This document shows positions 30,157-40,229 of a stretch of 64,000 nucleotides of DNA, in pieces. The translations under genes and the position numbers were made by a program. Source of the stretch: Clostridiales bacterium UBA4698 (GTDB taxonomy: Bacteria > Bacillota > Clostridia > TANB77 > UBA1234); NCBI GenBank assembly GCA_002404755.1, contig DHKI01000037.1, forward strand, positions 1,959 through 65,958, in the 5' to 3' direction. The notes beneath the pieces are model-generated. The model was given only the letters and a program-made list of their open reading frames with translations. It searched no databases and had not been told where the DNA came from. Every line of letters starts with the position of its first letter. Position 1 is the stretch's first letter.

Positions 30157-30990
30157 TTATTTAGCATTTCTTCTCTTAGTTATAAACTTGCTGCTTGCTT
30201 TCTTAGTGTTACGTGTCTTGTATCCAAGAGCTGGTTTGCCCCAAGGAGTAACAGGTCCTGGTCTACCAACTGGTGACTTACCTTCACCACCACCATGAGG
30301 GTGATCATTAGGGTTCATTACAGAACCTCTAACTTCAGGTCTCTTACCTAGCCATCTGCTCTTACCAGCTTTACCAAGTTTGATATTTTCATGCTCAGTA
30401 TTACCGATTTGACCGATTGTAGCTATACAATCTACACTTACTAATCTCATTTCGCCTGATGGCAATCTAACGTGAGCATATTTACCTTCTTTAGCCATAA
30501 GTTGTGCTGCATTACCTGCACTTCTTACCATTTGAGCTCCTTTACCTGGTTTTAATTCTATGCAATGAATCATTGTACCAACTGGAATACTTGAAATTGG
30601 TAAGCTATTACCTGGTTTAATATCAGCATTTTTACCAGCCATTACTTTGCTTCCAACTGTTAAACCGATTGGAGCAAGTATGTATGCTTTTTCGCCATCT
30701 TCATATTGTAATAATGCGATGTTAGCTGTTCTGTTTGGATCATATTCTATTGAAACAACAGTAGCTGGAACATCTACTTTTCTTCTCTTAAAATCTATAA
30801 TTCTATATTTTCTTCTTGAACCGCCACCTTGATGTCTAACAGTGATTCTACCATAAGAATTTCTACCAGCATTTTTCTTTAAGCTTGTTGTTAAAGATTT
30901 CTCTGGCTTTGTTTTTGTGATTTCTTCAAATGTAGAAACTGTCATACCTCTTCTAGATGGAGTTGTTGGTCTAAATTGTTTAATACCCAT
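30157..30990 (-). CDS. rplB: 50S ribosomal protein L2
   Basis: 277 aa, HPHGGGEGK motif. Confidence 0.97.
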   Translation of the reverse strand: MGIKQFRPTTPSRRGMTVSTFEEITKTKPEKSLTTSLKKNAGRNSYGRITVRHQGGGSRRKYRIIDFKRRKVDVPATVVSIEYDPNRTANIALLQYEDGEKAYILAPIGLTVGSKVMAGKNADIKPGNSLPISSIPVGTMIHCIELKPGKGAQMVRSAGNAAQLMAKEGKYAHVRLPSGEMRLVSVDCIATIGQIGNTEHENIKLGKAGKSRWLGKRPEVRGSVMNPNDHPHGGGEGKSPVGRPGPVTPWGKPALGYKTRNTKKASSKFITKRRNAK

Positions 30991-31113
30991 TTTTTCTCTC
31001 CCTTTCTAACGTTTAGAAATTTACAATTTCTTTTTTGTTTGCTAATTTTGCAGGCTAAAGTCTATTGGGTTATAAACTCCATGTCTTTAACTATTAGCAA
31101 ATCTATATTTTAA

Positions 31114-31458
31114 CTAAGCTCCAAAAGCTTCGATAGATGTTTTATATTTTTTATCTATCTTCTTAACTTTTCCGCCTTTTTCTAAGTAAGTCATTTCTTT
31201 AGCATCTTTTGCTATTGTAACAATTGCTTTCTTCCAATCAGATGTTCTTCCTTGGTTAGCACCTTGTCTCTTTGGCTTACCTTTAACGTTTATTGTTTTA
31301 ACGTCAAGTACTTTTACTTCGAATAATTTTTCAACGGCATTTCTAATATCTATTTTAGTTGCCTTTTTATTAACTTCAAATGTGTACTTTCCTTCATTCA
31401 TAGCAAAACTGCTTTTCTCTGTAATTATTGGTCTAATGATTATATCTTCTGCTACCAT
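31114..31458 (-). CDS. rplW: 50S ribosomal protein L23 (114 aa, C-terminally extended)
   Basis: [10 protein letters not shown] motif and position; followed by an unusual 123-nt spacer before rplB. Confidence 0.93.
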   Translation of the reverse strand: MVAEDIIIRPIITEKSSFAMNEGKYTFEVNKKATKIDIRNAVEKLFEVKVLDVKTINVKGKPKRQGANQGRTSDWKKAIVTIAKDAKEMTYLEKGGKVKKIDKKYKTSIEAFGA

Positions 31459-32078
31459 TATGCGTACACCTCCTCTATTTTGGCTACTGCATCTTTAGTA
31501 ACAACAAACATATCATACTTTAAGATATCATATGTATTGATTGTGCTTACTAAAGCTGTTTTAATATCAGGAATGTTTCTAGCTGAAGCTTGTACATTTA
31601 AGTTTTTATCAGCTAAAACAACTAATGCTTTGTTTACATTCAAATTCTCTAATACTTTTGCCATATTCTTTGTTTTAATTTCATCAAAATCTAAGCTATC
31701 TAATACAACAAGTTTGTTTTCTTGAACTTTTGTTGTTAAAGCAGATTTTAATGCAAGTCTTCTAACTTTTTTATTTAAAGTATATCTGTATGATCTTGGT
31801 TTTGGTCCAAGTGCGATACCACCTTTAATCCATTGTGGAGCTCTGATACTACCTTGTCTAGCTCTACCTGTACCTTTTTGTTTCCAAGGTTTCTTTCCAC
31901 CACCAGTTACTTCTGTACGTGTTTTTGTAGATTGTGTACCTTGTCTTTGATTAGCTAAATAATTAAGAACTACTTCATGCATAACATCTTCATTAACTTC
32001 TACTGCGAAAATGCTGTCTGCAAGCTCTATATCGCCAACCTTTTTGCCTTCTTTATTTAATAAATCAACCTTTGGCAT
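31458..32078 (-). CDS. rplD: 50S ribosomal protein L4
   Basis: Conserved L4 sequence and position. Confidence 0.96.
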   Translation of the reverse strand: MPKVDLLNKEGKKVGDIELADSIFAVEVNEDVMHEVVLNYLANQRQGTQSTKTRTEVTGGGKKPWKQKGTGRARQGSIRAPQWIKGGIALGPKPRSYRYTLNKKVRRLALKSALTTKVQENKLVVLDSLDFDEIKTKNMAKVLENLNVNKALVVLADKNLNVQASARNIPDIKTALVSTINTYDILKYDMFVVTKDAVAKIEEVYA

Positions 32079-32097
32079 TTATATTTCCTCCTTCCTC

Positions 32098-32748
32098 TTA
32101 TTTAGCACTCTTAGAAACTGCTGTTCTAGCTGTTTCTTTAATTCTTACTAATGAATTTTTATATCCTGGAATTGAACCTTTAATTAAGATAACGTTCTTA
32201 TCCATATCAACTCTAACAATTTGTAAGTTTTGTACTGTTACAGTATCTTTTCCTGTATGTCCTGGTAACTTCTTACCTGGGAATACTCTACCTGGTGAAG
32301 ATGTAGGTCCCATAGAACCTGGTCTTCTGTGATACATAGAGCCATGTCCTTTTGGTCCAATGTGTTGTCCATGTCTCTTAATAACACCTTGGAATCCTTT
32401 TCCTTTAGAAACACCTTGAACATCAACTAATTCTCCAGCTTCGAAGATATCAGCTTTAAGTTCATCTCCAACATTATAAGATTCGATATCATCTAATCTT
32501 AATTCTTTTACATATTTCTTATATGCAAGTTTAACTTTATCAAATTGACCTTTTTCAGGTTTGTTCATTTGTTTTTCTTTAACTTCTCCAGTTGCAAGAA
32601 CTATCGCGTTGTAACCATCTGTTTCAATAGTTTTCTTTCTTAAAACTAAGCTTGGTTCAACTTCTACAACTGTTACTGGAATAACTAATCCGTCGTTATC
32701 GAATATTTGAGTCATTCCCAATTTTTTTCCGTAAATACCTTTTTTCAT
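32098..32748 (-). CDS. rplC: 50S ribosomal protein L3
   Basis: GIYGKKLGMTQIF. Confidence 0.97.
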   Translation of the reverse strand: MKKGIYGKKLGMTQIFDNDGLVIPVTVVEVEPSLVLRKKTIETDGYNAIVLATGEVKEKQMNKPEKGQFDKVKLAYKKYVKELRLDDIESYNVGDELKADIFEAGELVDVQGVSKGKGFQGVIKRHGQHIGPKGHGSMYHRRPGSMGPTSSPGRVFPGKKLPGHTGKDTVTVQNLQIVRVDMDKNVILIKGSIPGYKNSLVRIKETARTAVSKSAK

Positions 32749-32831
32749 TGTTAATTAACCTCCTTGGCTATTGGTTCACACTTTTTTGGTGAACATGACC
32801 TTTGTTTTCGAACTTACTATATAATAGATAA

Positions 32832-33173
32832 TTATTTATCTATTTTCATTTCAACTTCTACACCAGCTGGTAACTCGATTTTCATAAGAGCTTCAGTTGT
32901 TTTTGAAGTTGGGTAAAGAATATCGATAACTCTCTTGTGTGTTCTCATTTCGAATTGTTCTCTTGAATCTTTGTATTTGTGAGGTGATCTCAAGATTGTT
33001 ACAACTTCTTTCTTTGTAGGTAGTGGAATTGGACCAGATACGCTAGCGCCTGTTCTCTTAGCCGTTTCTACTATTTTTTCAGCAGACTGATCTAAAATCG
33101 CATGATCGAAAGCTTTAAGTCTAATTCTAATTTTTTCCTTTCCTACTTCTGCTACTTTGTTTGCTTTTGGCAT
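32832..33173 (-). CDS. rpsJ: 30S ribosomal protein S10
   Basis: [17 protein letters not shown]; first gene of the cluster. Confidence 0.96.
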   Translation of the reverse strand: MPKANKVAEVGKEKIRIRLKAFDHAILDQSAEKIVETAKRTGASVSGPIPLPTKKEVVTILRSPHKYKDSREQFEMRTHKRVIDILYPTSKTTEALMKIELPAGVEVEMKIDK

Positions 33174-33387
33174 CGTTTTTCCCTCCTTAAAAATTTGCGT
33201 GCCAGCAAAGCTTCAACGCACCCGGGTGTTTCAAAAACTCCCATTATTAAACCCAAGGCAGAAAATCCTTGGGAAAAGTGCTTTCTAACCCTTGCCGCCC
33301 GATTTTAAACCGGACATACTCCGTGAAAGTTCCCTGCCAACTAAGGGCAGCCACATTTCACATCAACGCATTATCACAGCAAGTATT
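33174..33387 (-). promoter_or_regulatory. About 210-nt G+C-enriched, hairpin-rich 5' leader of the S10 operon (candidate ribosomal-protein autoregulatory leader)
   Basis: On the minus strand: ctgcc-N7-ggcag, cccaagg-N8-ccttggg, gtgcg-N-cgcac (gcgtg...cgcac as read on the plus strand), ccgg/cggg pairs. Visibly richer in G+C than the flanks. Lies between the promoter and the rpsJ RBS. Confidence 0.4.
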
Positions 33388-33416
33388 ATTATAAAGCCTA
33401 CTAGAGGAAAAAGCAA
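33388..33416 (-). promoter_or_regulatory. Sigma-A type promoter of the S10 operon
   Basis: Minus strand TTGCTT-17 nt-TATAAT (-35 at 33411-33416, -10 at 33388-33393). Confidence 0.6.
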
Positions 33417-33498
33417 GCTTTTTTTGAAAATTTTTCTTGTTTTATGTAAATTTGTTTTTGCTAATTTTTGTAATTATAAATCAAGTTAATTTTCACCG

Positions 33499-34107
33499 TT
33501 ATTTTGTCAAATCCTCCACATTAAACAAATTATATCCCTCATAGTTATAACTTGTATCTATGCCTTTCATGTAGACTTCTCTGTCATTTATTTTGTCTGT
33601 TAGTGCATTTTTTAATAAATATTTAATTTCTAGATTTTTTATTGGACTTCTCTCCATCGCCAATAAGTAATCTTCTTTGTTTATTTTGCTCCAATCAACC
33701 ACCATTTTTAATTCTTTTTTTAGTATCATATCTAGCCATATTCTAGTGCTTCTTCCATTTCCCTCTATAAATGGATGAGCAACATTCATCTCTATATACT
33801 TTTCTACAATTTCATCAAAATTGCTTTGAGGCATTTGGTCAATTTTGTTTAAAGCTTCTTCTAAATACATTGCAGATGCAAATCTAAAATTGTTTTTTGA
33901 TATATTTTCTTTTCTCATTTTACCAGCAAATTCATATATGTCTTCAAACAAGTATTTATGTATTTCTGCTAAACCTTTATATGTACCCGCTTCTATTTTG
34001 TCTAATATTTTATTTTCGAACAATTCGATTGCCTTTATTTTTGTTATTCTTTCTTCTTCTTTTGCTAGTTCTATCGAATTTGTTATACCTAATTTATTTT
34101 CTAACAT
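33499..34107 (-). CDS. Fic/Fido family protein, class III architecture (C-terminal inhibitory helix)
   Basis: Fic motif [13 protein letters not shown]-terminal S-Y-N-Y-E-G matches the inhibitory (S/T)xxxE(G/N) motif about 12 residues from the end. 202 aa. Confidence 0.8.
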   Translation of the reverse strand: MLENKLGITNSIELAKEEERITKIKAIELFENKILDKIEAGTYKGLAEIHKYLFEDIYEFAGKMRKENISKNNFRFASAMYLEEALNKIDQMPQSNFDEIVEKYIEMNVAHPFIEGNGRSTRIWLDMILKKELKMVVDWSKINKEDYLLAMERSPIKNLEIKYLLKNALTDKINDREVYMKGIDTSYNYEGYNLFNVEDLTK

Positions 34108-34194
34108 TATTCTTTTATATGATTTTTAGTATCATATTCTCCTTTCCATTTTCTTTTAGAATACCAAAATTTTTAGCAATTTGCAATTTTGGTT

Positions 34195-35148
34195 TTAAAG
34201 TTCTTCTCCTGCGCCTATTTTTCTGGCCTTTTTATATTTTTCGCCATCTTTTTTAGTTATTTTCTCTTCTTTTATGCCATTTGGTGTACATATTTTTAAT
34301 TCAACATAACCTTTTGATATTTTTGGATGCCTTAGCACTCTGTTTTGCGTACCAGATATCTCTTCTTTACTTGCTAATAGATAGATATATTTTTCGTCTT
34401 CGAATGGTGATTCTGCATCTTTTAATGTTTTATGTATTTTTGTTCTTTCTATTCTACATATGAAATGGCACCAATCATCTTCTGAAATCTCGCACTCCAT
34501 ACCTTGAGGGCAAGGTGCAATTATTGTTGCTCCTTGATTTATTAAAGCTTTTTTGTATCTCATTATGCTTTTATAATTTTCTGGCGTGCCTGGTTCTATT
34601 ATAAATAGAAATTTATTTGTTGATTGCCATAGCTTTTTTAGTATGATTTCTTTTTGTTCTTCTTTTATTTCATTTAACATATATGATGATACAACAAAAT
34701 CTGCTTTTTCTACAAGTTCACCTGCTGCTATATCTTTTAAAATCCATTTGGCTTTTTCTAAGTTTGTATTTTGCATAAGTTTTTTTCCAAACTTGAGCAT
34801 GTTTTCTTCTCGCTCTACACAGGTGATTTCCTTAAAATCAAACATTTCATTAACTGCCCATGTTGCTGCTCCTGTACCAGCTCCGACATCTAAAAGTGAT
34901 TTTATTTCTATGTCTTTTATATATTTGTACGAATTTTCTATTGCAGAATATACAGCTGTATATGTTGCGGGCATTCTTGCATTAGCATACGAAACAACAT
35001 CTATTTCACTTGATAATAGTGTGCTTCCTGTTCTTTGTTGATTCATATATCTTTCACTAATATTCGAATATGCATTTTTTAATTCTGTTTGTTTATATTT
35101 ATTTGATATTTTTTCTAAGTTAGTTTTTAATTCTTCTGGCAATTTCAT
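34195..35148 (-). CDS. SAM-dependent methyltransferase, Rsm22-like
   Basis: SAM motif LLDVGAGTGAATWAV and a C-terminal Cys cluster (CPQGMECE...CHFICR). Confidence 0.6.
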   Translation of the reverse strand: MKLPEELKTNLEKISNKYKQTELKNAYSNISERYMNQQRTGSTLLSSEIDVVSYANARMPATYTAVYSAIENSYKYIKDIEIKSLLDVGAGTGAATWAVNEMFDFKEITCVEREENMLKFGKKLMQNTNLEKAKWILKDIAAGELVEKADFVVSSYMLNEIKEEQKEIILKKLWQSTNKFLFIIEPGTPENYKSIMRYKKALINQGATIIAPCPQGMECEISEDDWCHFICRIERTKIHKTLKDAESPFEDEKYIYLLASKEEISGTQNRVLRHPKISKGYVELKICTPNGIKEEKITKKDGEKYKKARKIGAGEEL

Positions 35149-35223
35149 TTTTCTCTCCCGTTTTAAGTGTGTTTACTAATTATAATATTTTTTCAGCTTT
35201 ACTTTAATGTAGCACTGTCAATA

Positions 35224-35305
35224 GTTTTTTATAGAGCCAACTGCTCTTAAACTATATTTTTATTCAACATATTTATTTTATCTTTTTTTCTAAATTAGTT
35301 TACAC
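35224..35305 (+). repeat. Intergenic repeat family, copy d1 (full length)
   Basis: gttttttatagagccaactgctcttaaactatattttt...ttttttctaaattagtttacac. An AATTATAATATTTT box lies at 35178-35191. Confidence 0.5.
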
Positions 35306-35312
35306 CACCATG

Positions 35313-35354
35313 ATTTTTTATTGAACATGCTATGCTTAAACTACATTTCTGCAC
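35313..35354 (+). repeat. Intergenic repeat family, copy d2 (5' half), tandem to d1
   Basis: attttttattgaacatgctatgcttaaactacatttctgcac. Confidence 0.4.
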
Positions 35355-35368
35355 TAATATTTATTTTG

Positions 35369-36430
35369 TTACATATATATTCTTGGCACTCTTTTTCCTA
35401 TGTTGCATATTACTTCGTAACTTATTGTATCTAGATGTTTTGCAACTTCGTTTACATGCTCTGCATCTCTTAATATTTCTACTGTATCATGTACCTTAAC
35501 ATTATCGTCAATTTTAACAAATAGCATATCCATGCATATATTTCCTATTATTTCACAAGGCTTATTGTTTATATATACATTTCTTCCTTTATTTTTTCTG
35601 ATTACACCATCTGCATATCCAATCGGCACTACAGCTATTTTTGTCTTTTCTTTCGCTGTATACGTTGCATTATACCCAAGTGTTTCTCCCTCTTCTAATG
35701 TATTTATTTGTATAACTTCACTTTTTAATTTGAATGTTGATTTTAATTCTAAATCTTCCTCATCAGTAAAACCATACATTATAATGCCAAGCCTACAACC
35801 ATTTATATACTCTGGCTTTTTATAGTTTGACATTGCCTCGCTTGCTGATATATGCTTTATTTTTATTTTTTCACCCTCGATTAAATCTAACATCCTTTTA
35901 TACTTTTCTAATTGTTTATTATATAATTCTTCATTAGACGCCTCGTATATGTGTGAGTATATTCCTTCTATATCTACATGTGCACTTTTTAGTTTGCAAT
36001 ATACTTTTTCTACTTCTTTTTCGCTTTTTATTCCTAATCTATTCATTCCTGTATTTAGTTTTATATGTACTTTACATTTTTCATTTAATACACTTTCTAT
36101 TTCTTCTAAATATTCGATACTATTTATTGTTAATGTTATTTTGTTTTCAATTGCCTCTTTTATATATTCTTTTGGAATTATTCCTAAACAAAGAATTTGG
36201 ATATCTGTGTTTTGGTTTCTTATTGCAAGAGCTTCTTCAAATGTTGCAACTGCCAAATAATTCACGCCTGCTTCTAACATCTTTGGTATTACTCCAATTT
36301 CATGTCCATAACAATCTGCTTTAACAACACCAAAATAGTACTCATATTCATTATGCTTTTTTATTATCTTTTGGATGTTGTTTTTTATATTATTCAAATA
36401 AACTTCCATATATGTATTTCTACTAAGCAT
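35369..36430 (-). CDS. alr: Alanine racemase
   Basis: PLP-lysine motif VVKADCYGHE; 353 aa. Confidence 0.9.
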   Translation of the reverse strand: MLSRNTYMEVYLNNIKNNIQKIIKKHNEYEYYFGVVKADCYGHEIGVIPKMLEAGVNYLAVATFEEALAIRNQNTDIQILCLGIIPKEYIKEAIENKITLTINSIEYLEEIESVLNEKCKVHIKLNTGMNRLGIKSEKEVEKVYCKLKSAHVDIEGIYSHIYEASNEELYNKQLEKYKRMLDLIEGEKIKIKHISASEAMSNYKKPEYINGCRLGIIMYGFTDEEDLELKSTFKLKSEVIQINTLEEGETLGYNATYTAKEKTKIAVVPIGYADGVIRKNKGRNVYINNKPCEIIGNICMDMLFVKIDDNVKVHDTVEILRDAEHVNEVAKHLDTISYEVICNIGKRVPRIYM

Positions 36431-36490
36431 TATGTCCCTCCAAAACGCATTTGTTTTATATTATACTTTATTATATGATAACGATTTATA

Positions 36491-38638
36491 CTAATTGCAA
36501 TCTTTCATTGATAACCCAACTTTTTTCTTTTCTAAATCTATTTTTATAACTCTTACTTTTACTATATCACCAACTGATACTACATCCATTGGATTTTTTA
36601 TGTATTTATCGCTCATTTCAGATATATGAACTAGCCCATCGTTTTTTACGCCTATATCTACAAATGCTCCAAAATCAATTACATTTCTAACTGTACCTGT
36701 TAGTATCATACCTTCTTTTAGGTCTTCTATTTTTAGCACATCACTTCTTAAAACAGGTTTTGGCATTTCATCTCTCGGGTCTCTACCTGGTTTTTGAAGT
36801 TCTTTTATTATGTCTTTAATGGTAGGGACACCTATATTTAATTCTGTTGCTAGCTTTTCTGCATTTACTGTATTCAAGTTTGCTCTAATCTCTGCTGATT
36901 TATCTTTTAAATCTTGTACCTTAAATCCGATTTGCTCTAAAATCTTTTCTGCTGTTTCATAGCTTTCTGGATGCACAGATGTATTATCTAATGGATTTTC
37001 TCCATCTGTTATTCTTAAGAAGCCTGCACATTGTGTGTATGCTGCTGGTCCTAACTTCGATACTTTTAAAAGTTCTTTTCTGTTTTTTAATTTTCCTTTT
37101 TCATCTCTGTATTTAACTATATTATTTGCCACTGTTTTACTTATTCCAGAAACATATTTTAAAAGTGATGGTGTTGCTGTGTTTAAATCTACTCCAACAC
37201 TGTTTACTGCATCTTCTACAACTCCTGTTAAGCTCTCATCCAATTTATTTTGATTTACATCGTGTTGATATTGACCAACGCCAATGCTCTTAGGATCTAT
37301 CTTTACAAGTTCTGCAAGTGGATCTTGTAATCTTCTTGCAATCGAAATCGCTCCTCTAAGTGATACATTTATATCTGGATATTCTTCTGTTGCAAGCTTT
37401 GAAGCAGAATATACAGAAGCTCCAGCTTCACTAACTATTGCATAATGAATATCATGTTTTACATCTTTTATCATATTTGCTACAAACATTTCTGATTCTC
37501 TTGAAGCTGTTCCGTTTCCAATTGCTATCATGTTTATATTGTATTTATTTATTAGTTCTAATAATTTCTTTTTGGCACCATCCACATCATTTTGTGGTTC
37601 TGTTGGATATACTGTGGTTGTGTCTAAAAGTTTTCCTGTGTCATCTATTACTGCGATTTTGCAACCTGTTCTATATGCAGGGTCAAATCCCATTACTGTC
37701 AAGTTTTTAAGTGGTGCTTGTAAAAGAAGTTTTTTAGCATTTTGTCCGAATACTTTTATTGCTTTTTCTTCTGCAACATCTGAAAGTTCATTTCTTACTT
37801 CATTTTCAACTGATGGTTTTATAAGTCTTTTATATGAATCTGCTATAACAAGCTCCATTGCATCTTTAAAGCTACCATCTTTTATTAAAATTCTTTTTTC
37901 TAGATATTCAATTATTTTATCATCTGTTCCATCAATTTTTACTTTTAAAAATTCTTCTTTTTCGCCTCTGTTTATTGCCAAAATTCTATGGCTAGGAATT
38001 CTTTTGACAGCTTCTTCATAATCGTAATACATCTCGTAAACACTTTTTTCATCCTTCGCTGCTTTTGTCACTATAATTCCATCTCTATATATGATTTTTC
38101 TTATATCTTTTCTATATTCCGCAACATCTGATATCATCTCTGAGACAATATCCATAGCACCGGCTATTGCATCTTCTGCAGTCTCAACACCTTTTTCGGC
38201 ATTTATAAAATCATTTGCTATTTCTTTCAAATCCTTCTTTTCTTTTTGTTCAAACAATACAGTAGCAAGTGGTTCTAACCCTTTTTCCTTTGCGATAGTT
38301 GCTCTTGTTCTCTTTTTTTGTTTATATGGTCTATATAAATCTTCTACTTCTGTCATTGTAACGGCGGTTTCGATTTTGTTTTTTAGTTCATCATCTAACT
38401 TTCCTTGTTCGTCAATAAGTCTTATAACTTCTTCTTTTCTTTTTTCAAGGTTTCTCAAATATGTAAGTTTATCAAATAATTCACGAAGCTGCACATCAGA
38501 AAGCTCTCCTGTTTGCTCTTTTCTATATCTAGCTATGAATGGAATTGTGTTTCCTTCATCTATTAACTTAACAGCGTTTTCAACTTGAAAAGGCTTTAAA
38601 TTCAATTCCTCTGCAATTTTTGTTTCTATTAAATTCAT
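36491..38638 (-). CDS. tex: Tex-like transcription accessory protein (S1 domain)
   Basis: 715 aa with N-terminal IAEELNLKPFQVENAVKLIDEGNTIPFIARYRKEQTG and a C-terminal S1 domain. Confidence 0.93.
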   Translation of the reverse strand: MNLIETKIAEELNLKPFQVENAVKLIDEGNTIPFIARYRKEQTGELSDVQLRELFDKLTYLRNLEKRKEEVIRLIDEQGKLDDELKNKIETAVTMTEVEDLYRPYKQKKRTRATIAKEKGLEPLATVLFEQKEKKDLKEIANDFINAEKGVETAEDAIAGAMDIVSEMISDVAEYRKDIRKIIYRDGIIVTKAAKDEKSVYEMYYDYEEAVKRIPSHRILAINRGEKEEFLKVKIDGTDDKIIEYLEKRILIKDGSFKDAMELVIADSYKRLIKPSVENEVRNELSDVAEEKAIKVFGQNAKKLLLQAPLKNLTVMGFDPAYRTGCKIAVIDDTGKLLDTTTVYPTEPQNDVDGAKKKLLELINKYNINMIAIGNGTASRESEMFVANMIKDVKHDIHYAIVSEAGASVYSASKLATEEYPDINVSLRGAISIARRLQDPLAELVKIDPKSIGVGQYQHDVNQNKLDESLTGVVEDAVNSVGVDLNTATPSLLKYVSGISKTVANNIVKYRDEKGKLKNRKELLKVSKLGPAAYTQCAGFLRITDGENPLDNTSVHPESYETAEKILEQIGFKVQDLKDKSAEIRANLNTVNAEKLATELNIGVPTIKDIIKELQKPGRDPRDEMPKPVLRSDVLKIEDLKEGMILTGTVRNVIDFGAFVDIGVKNDGLVHISEMSDKYIKNPMDVVSVGDIVKVRVIKIDLEKKKVGLSMKDCN

Positions 38639-38701
38639 TATATAACTCCTCTCTGGCTCATGACTTTAATATCTAATCAGTCATTCACATATAAAATGAT
38701 A

Positions 38702-39117
38702 TCATTTTACTTTCTTAAAAGCAAGGTTGAACAATTTTTGAAAATATTTATTCAATATACAATATATATAAATAATCGCATATACACAAATCATTTTCAA
38801 AGCAAAACGCTCACTTATCTTATAAATTCCAAATTGATTTAATAAATCAGTAGTAACAAATATCAACATAACATGATATAGATAAATATCATACGATGCA
38901 TTATTCAACAATTTCACCTTTTCTGCCATATTTGTTTTTTGTGACATTTGCAAAAATACAACATACCAGAAGAATATAGCAATTGCCAAGAATCTCTTCT
39001 AAGTGTCGAAATCGGCTCTGACGCGATATGCATAAAAACAACTAAAATACAAAAAATACGTTCATCAAATTTAATTCTTCTTTTATTTTTTTCATTATTC
39101 ATACTCCTTTTACACAC
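38702..39117 (-). pseudogene. Remnant of an acyltransferase family 3 (OatA-like) membrane protein
   Basis: Two overlapping short ORFs. The N-terminal part RRIKFDERIFCILVVFMHIAS and the C-terminal part YDIYLYHVMLIFV are family-like, but the total is under 140 aa against more than 330 expected. Frame break near 38990 plus a large internal loss; no CGG involved. Confidence 0.45.
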
Positions 39118-39220
39118 CTATCACTTTTAATTTTGACATTTTATATAGCTTTTATTTCCATATGTTTTTATATTATTATAATTGAAAACAATTATATATC
39201 TCAAGTTTTTATTTAATTTT

Positions 39221-39254
39221 AAAGGTCTGAAGGATAAAAATCCTTCAGACCTTT
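39221..39254. terminator. Perfect 14-bp stem-loop overlapping the stop codon of ORF 39253-39597
   Basis: aaaggtctgaagga-taaaaa-tccttcagaccttt. The flanking U-tract is short, so terminator function is tentative. Confidence 0.45.
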
Positions 39255-39597
39255 AAAAAAGTGGTATTTCCTCTACAAAAGAGGCTCTCCTTTGACCAAG
39301 TAATCCAAGCTGTTTTTCCAATTCGTCTTCCCCCTCAAGAATGTCAATGGGCTCAAAATGTCGTTCACGAAAAACCCCCCTTTGATACTCGAAAAAGTGC
39401 CTTTCCAAATCGCTAGTCAAAACTTCTAAGAGTTCCCCTCTTTTCAAATCATAAACCTTACTCCAAGGCATGATTATCTGTGGCGGATCGATTCGACAAT
39501 AAATCACATACCGTACCACGTCAGTAGGTTTCATAGAAACTTTTACAATTGAATTCTCAGCGTAAAAAAGGCCACTCGAATGTAGATAAAAGCTCAT
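39253..39597 (-). CDS. Hypothetical protein (114 aa) in a G+C-rich, apparently foreign segment; contains an in-frame CGG read as Arg
   Basis: Good RBS (ggagg-N6-ATG). By hand count, about 43% G+C over a 150-nt stretch, against a visibly much more AT-rich surrounding sequence. Uses CGG (39511-39513, R29), CGA, CCC and GGG codons that native genes avoid. Confidence 0.55.
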   Translation of the reverse strand: MSFYLHSSGLFYAENSIVKVSMKPTDVVRYVIYCRIDPPQIIMPWSKVYDLKRGELLEVLTSDLERHFFEYQRGVFRERHFEPIDILEGEDELEKQLGLLGQRRASFVEEIPLF

Positions 39598-39745
39598 AAC
39601 AAACCTCCAACAAATCTTATTTTCAATAGTATTATATGCTATTATCCTAAAAAATTCAAGCTTTTTGTTTTCTTGCTAGTTATTTAGGCTATATATTTTG
39701 TAAAATATGTTTTTGTTTTAAATACTCTTATTTCGAGATTTTCAA

Positions 39746-40204
39746 TTATAATATTTTTCCATCTTTGCACTCTAACATTATTGTTACTGGTCCATCATTT
39801 ATTAATGTTATTTGCATATCCGCTCCAAAGCTTCCTGTTTCCACATTCATGCATAATTCTTCTTTACAATATTTTATAAATTTTTCGTATAGTTCGTTTG
39901 CATATTCAGGCTTAGCTGCATTTATGAAGCTTGGTCTATTTCCATGGTGACAGTCTGCATATAGTGTAAACTGCGAAACTATATGTAATGAACCTCCTAC
40001 ATCTTTTATCGCTAAGTTCATCTTTTCATTTTCATCTTCAAAAATTCTTAACTTTACAATCTTTTCAGCTAGCGCTTTCATATCTTCTTCAGTATCATCA
40101 TGAGTTATTCCTAATAATACTAAAAAACCTCTTTCTATCTTTGAATATTCCTTTTTATTTATCTCCAATTTTGATGACAATACTCTCTGTATTAGTGCTT
40201 TCAT
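39746..40204 (-). CDS. dtd: D-aminoacyl-tRNA deacylase
   Basis: MKALIQRV...SQFTLYAD...GNRPSF motifs. Confidence 0.93.
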   Translation of the reverse strand: MKALIQRVLSSKLEINKKEYSKIERGFLVLLGITHDDTEEDMKALAEKIVKLRIFEDENEKMNLAIKDVGGSLHIVSQFTLYADCHHGNRPSFINAAKPEYANELYEKFIKYCKEELCMNVETGSFGADMQITLINDGPVTIMLECKDGKIL

Positions 40205-40229
40205 TTTTATTCTCCTATTAATAAAATTT

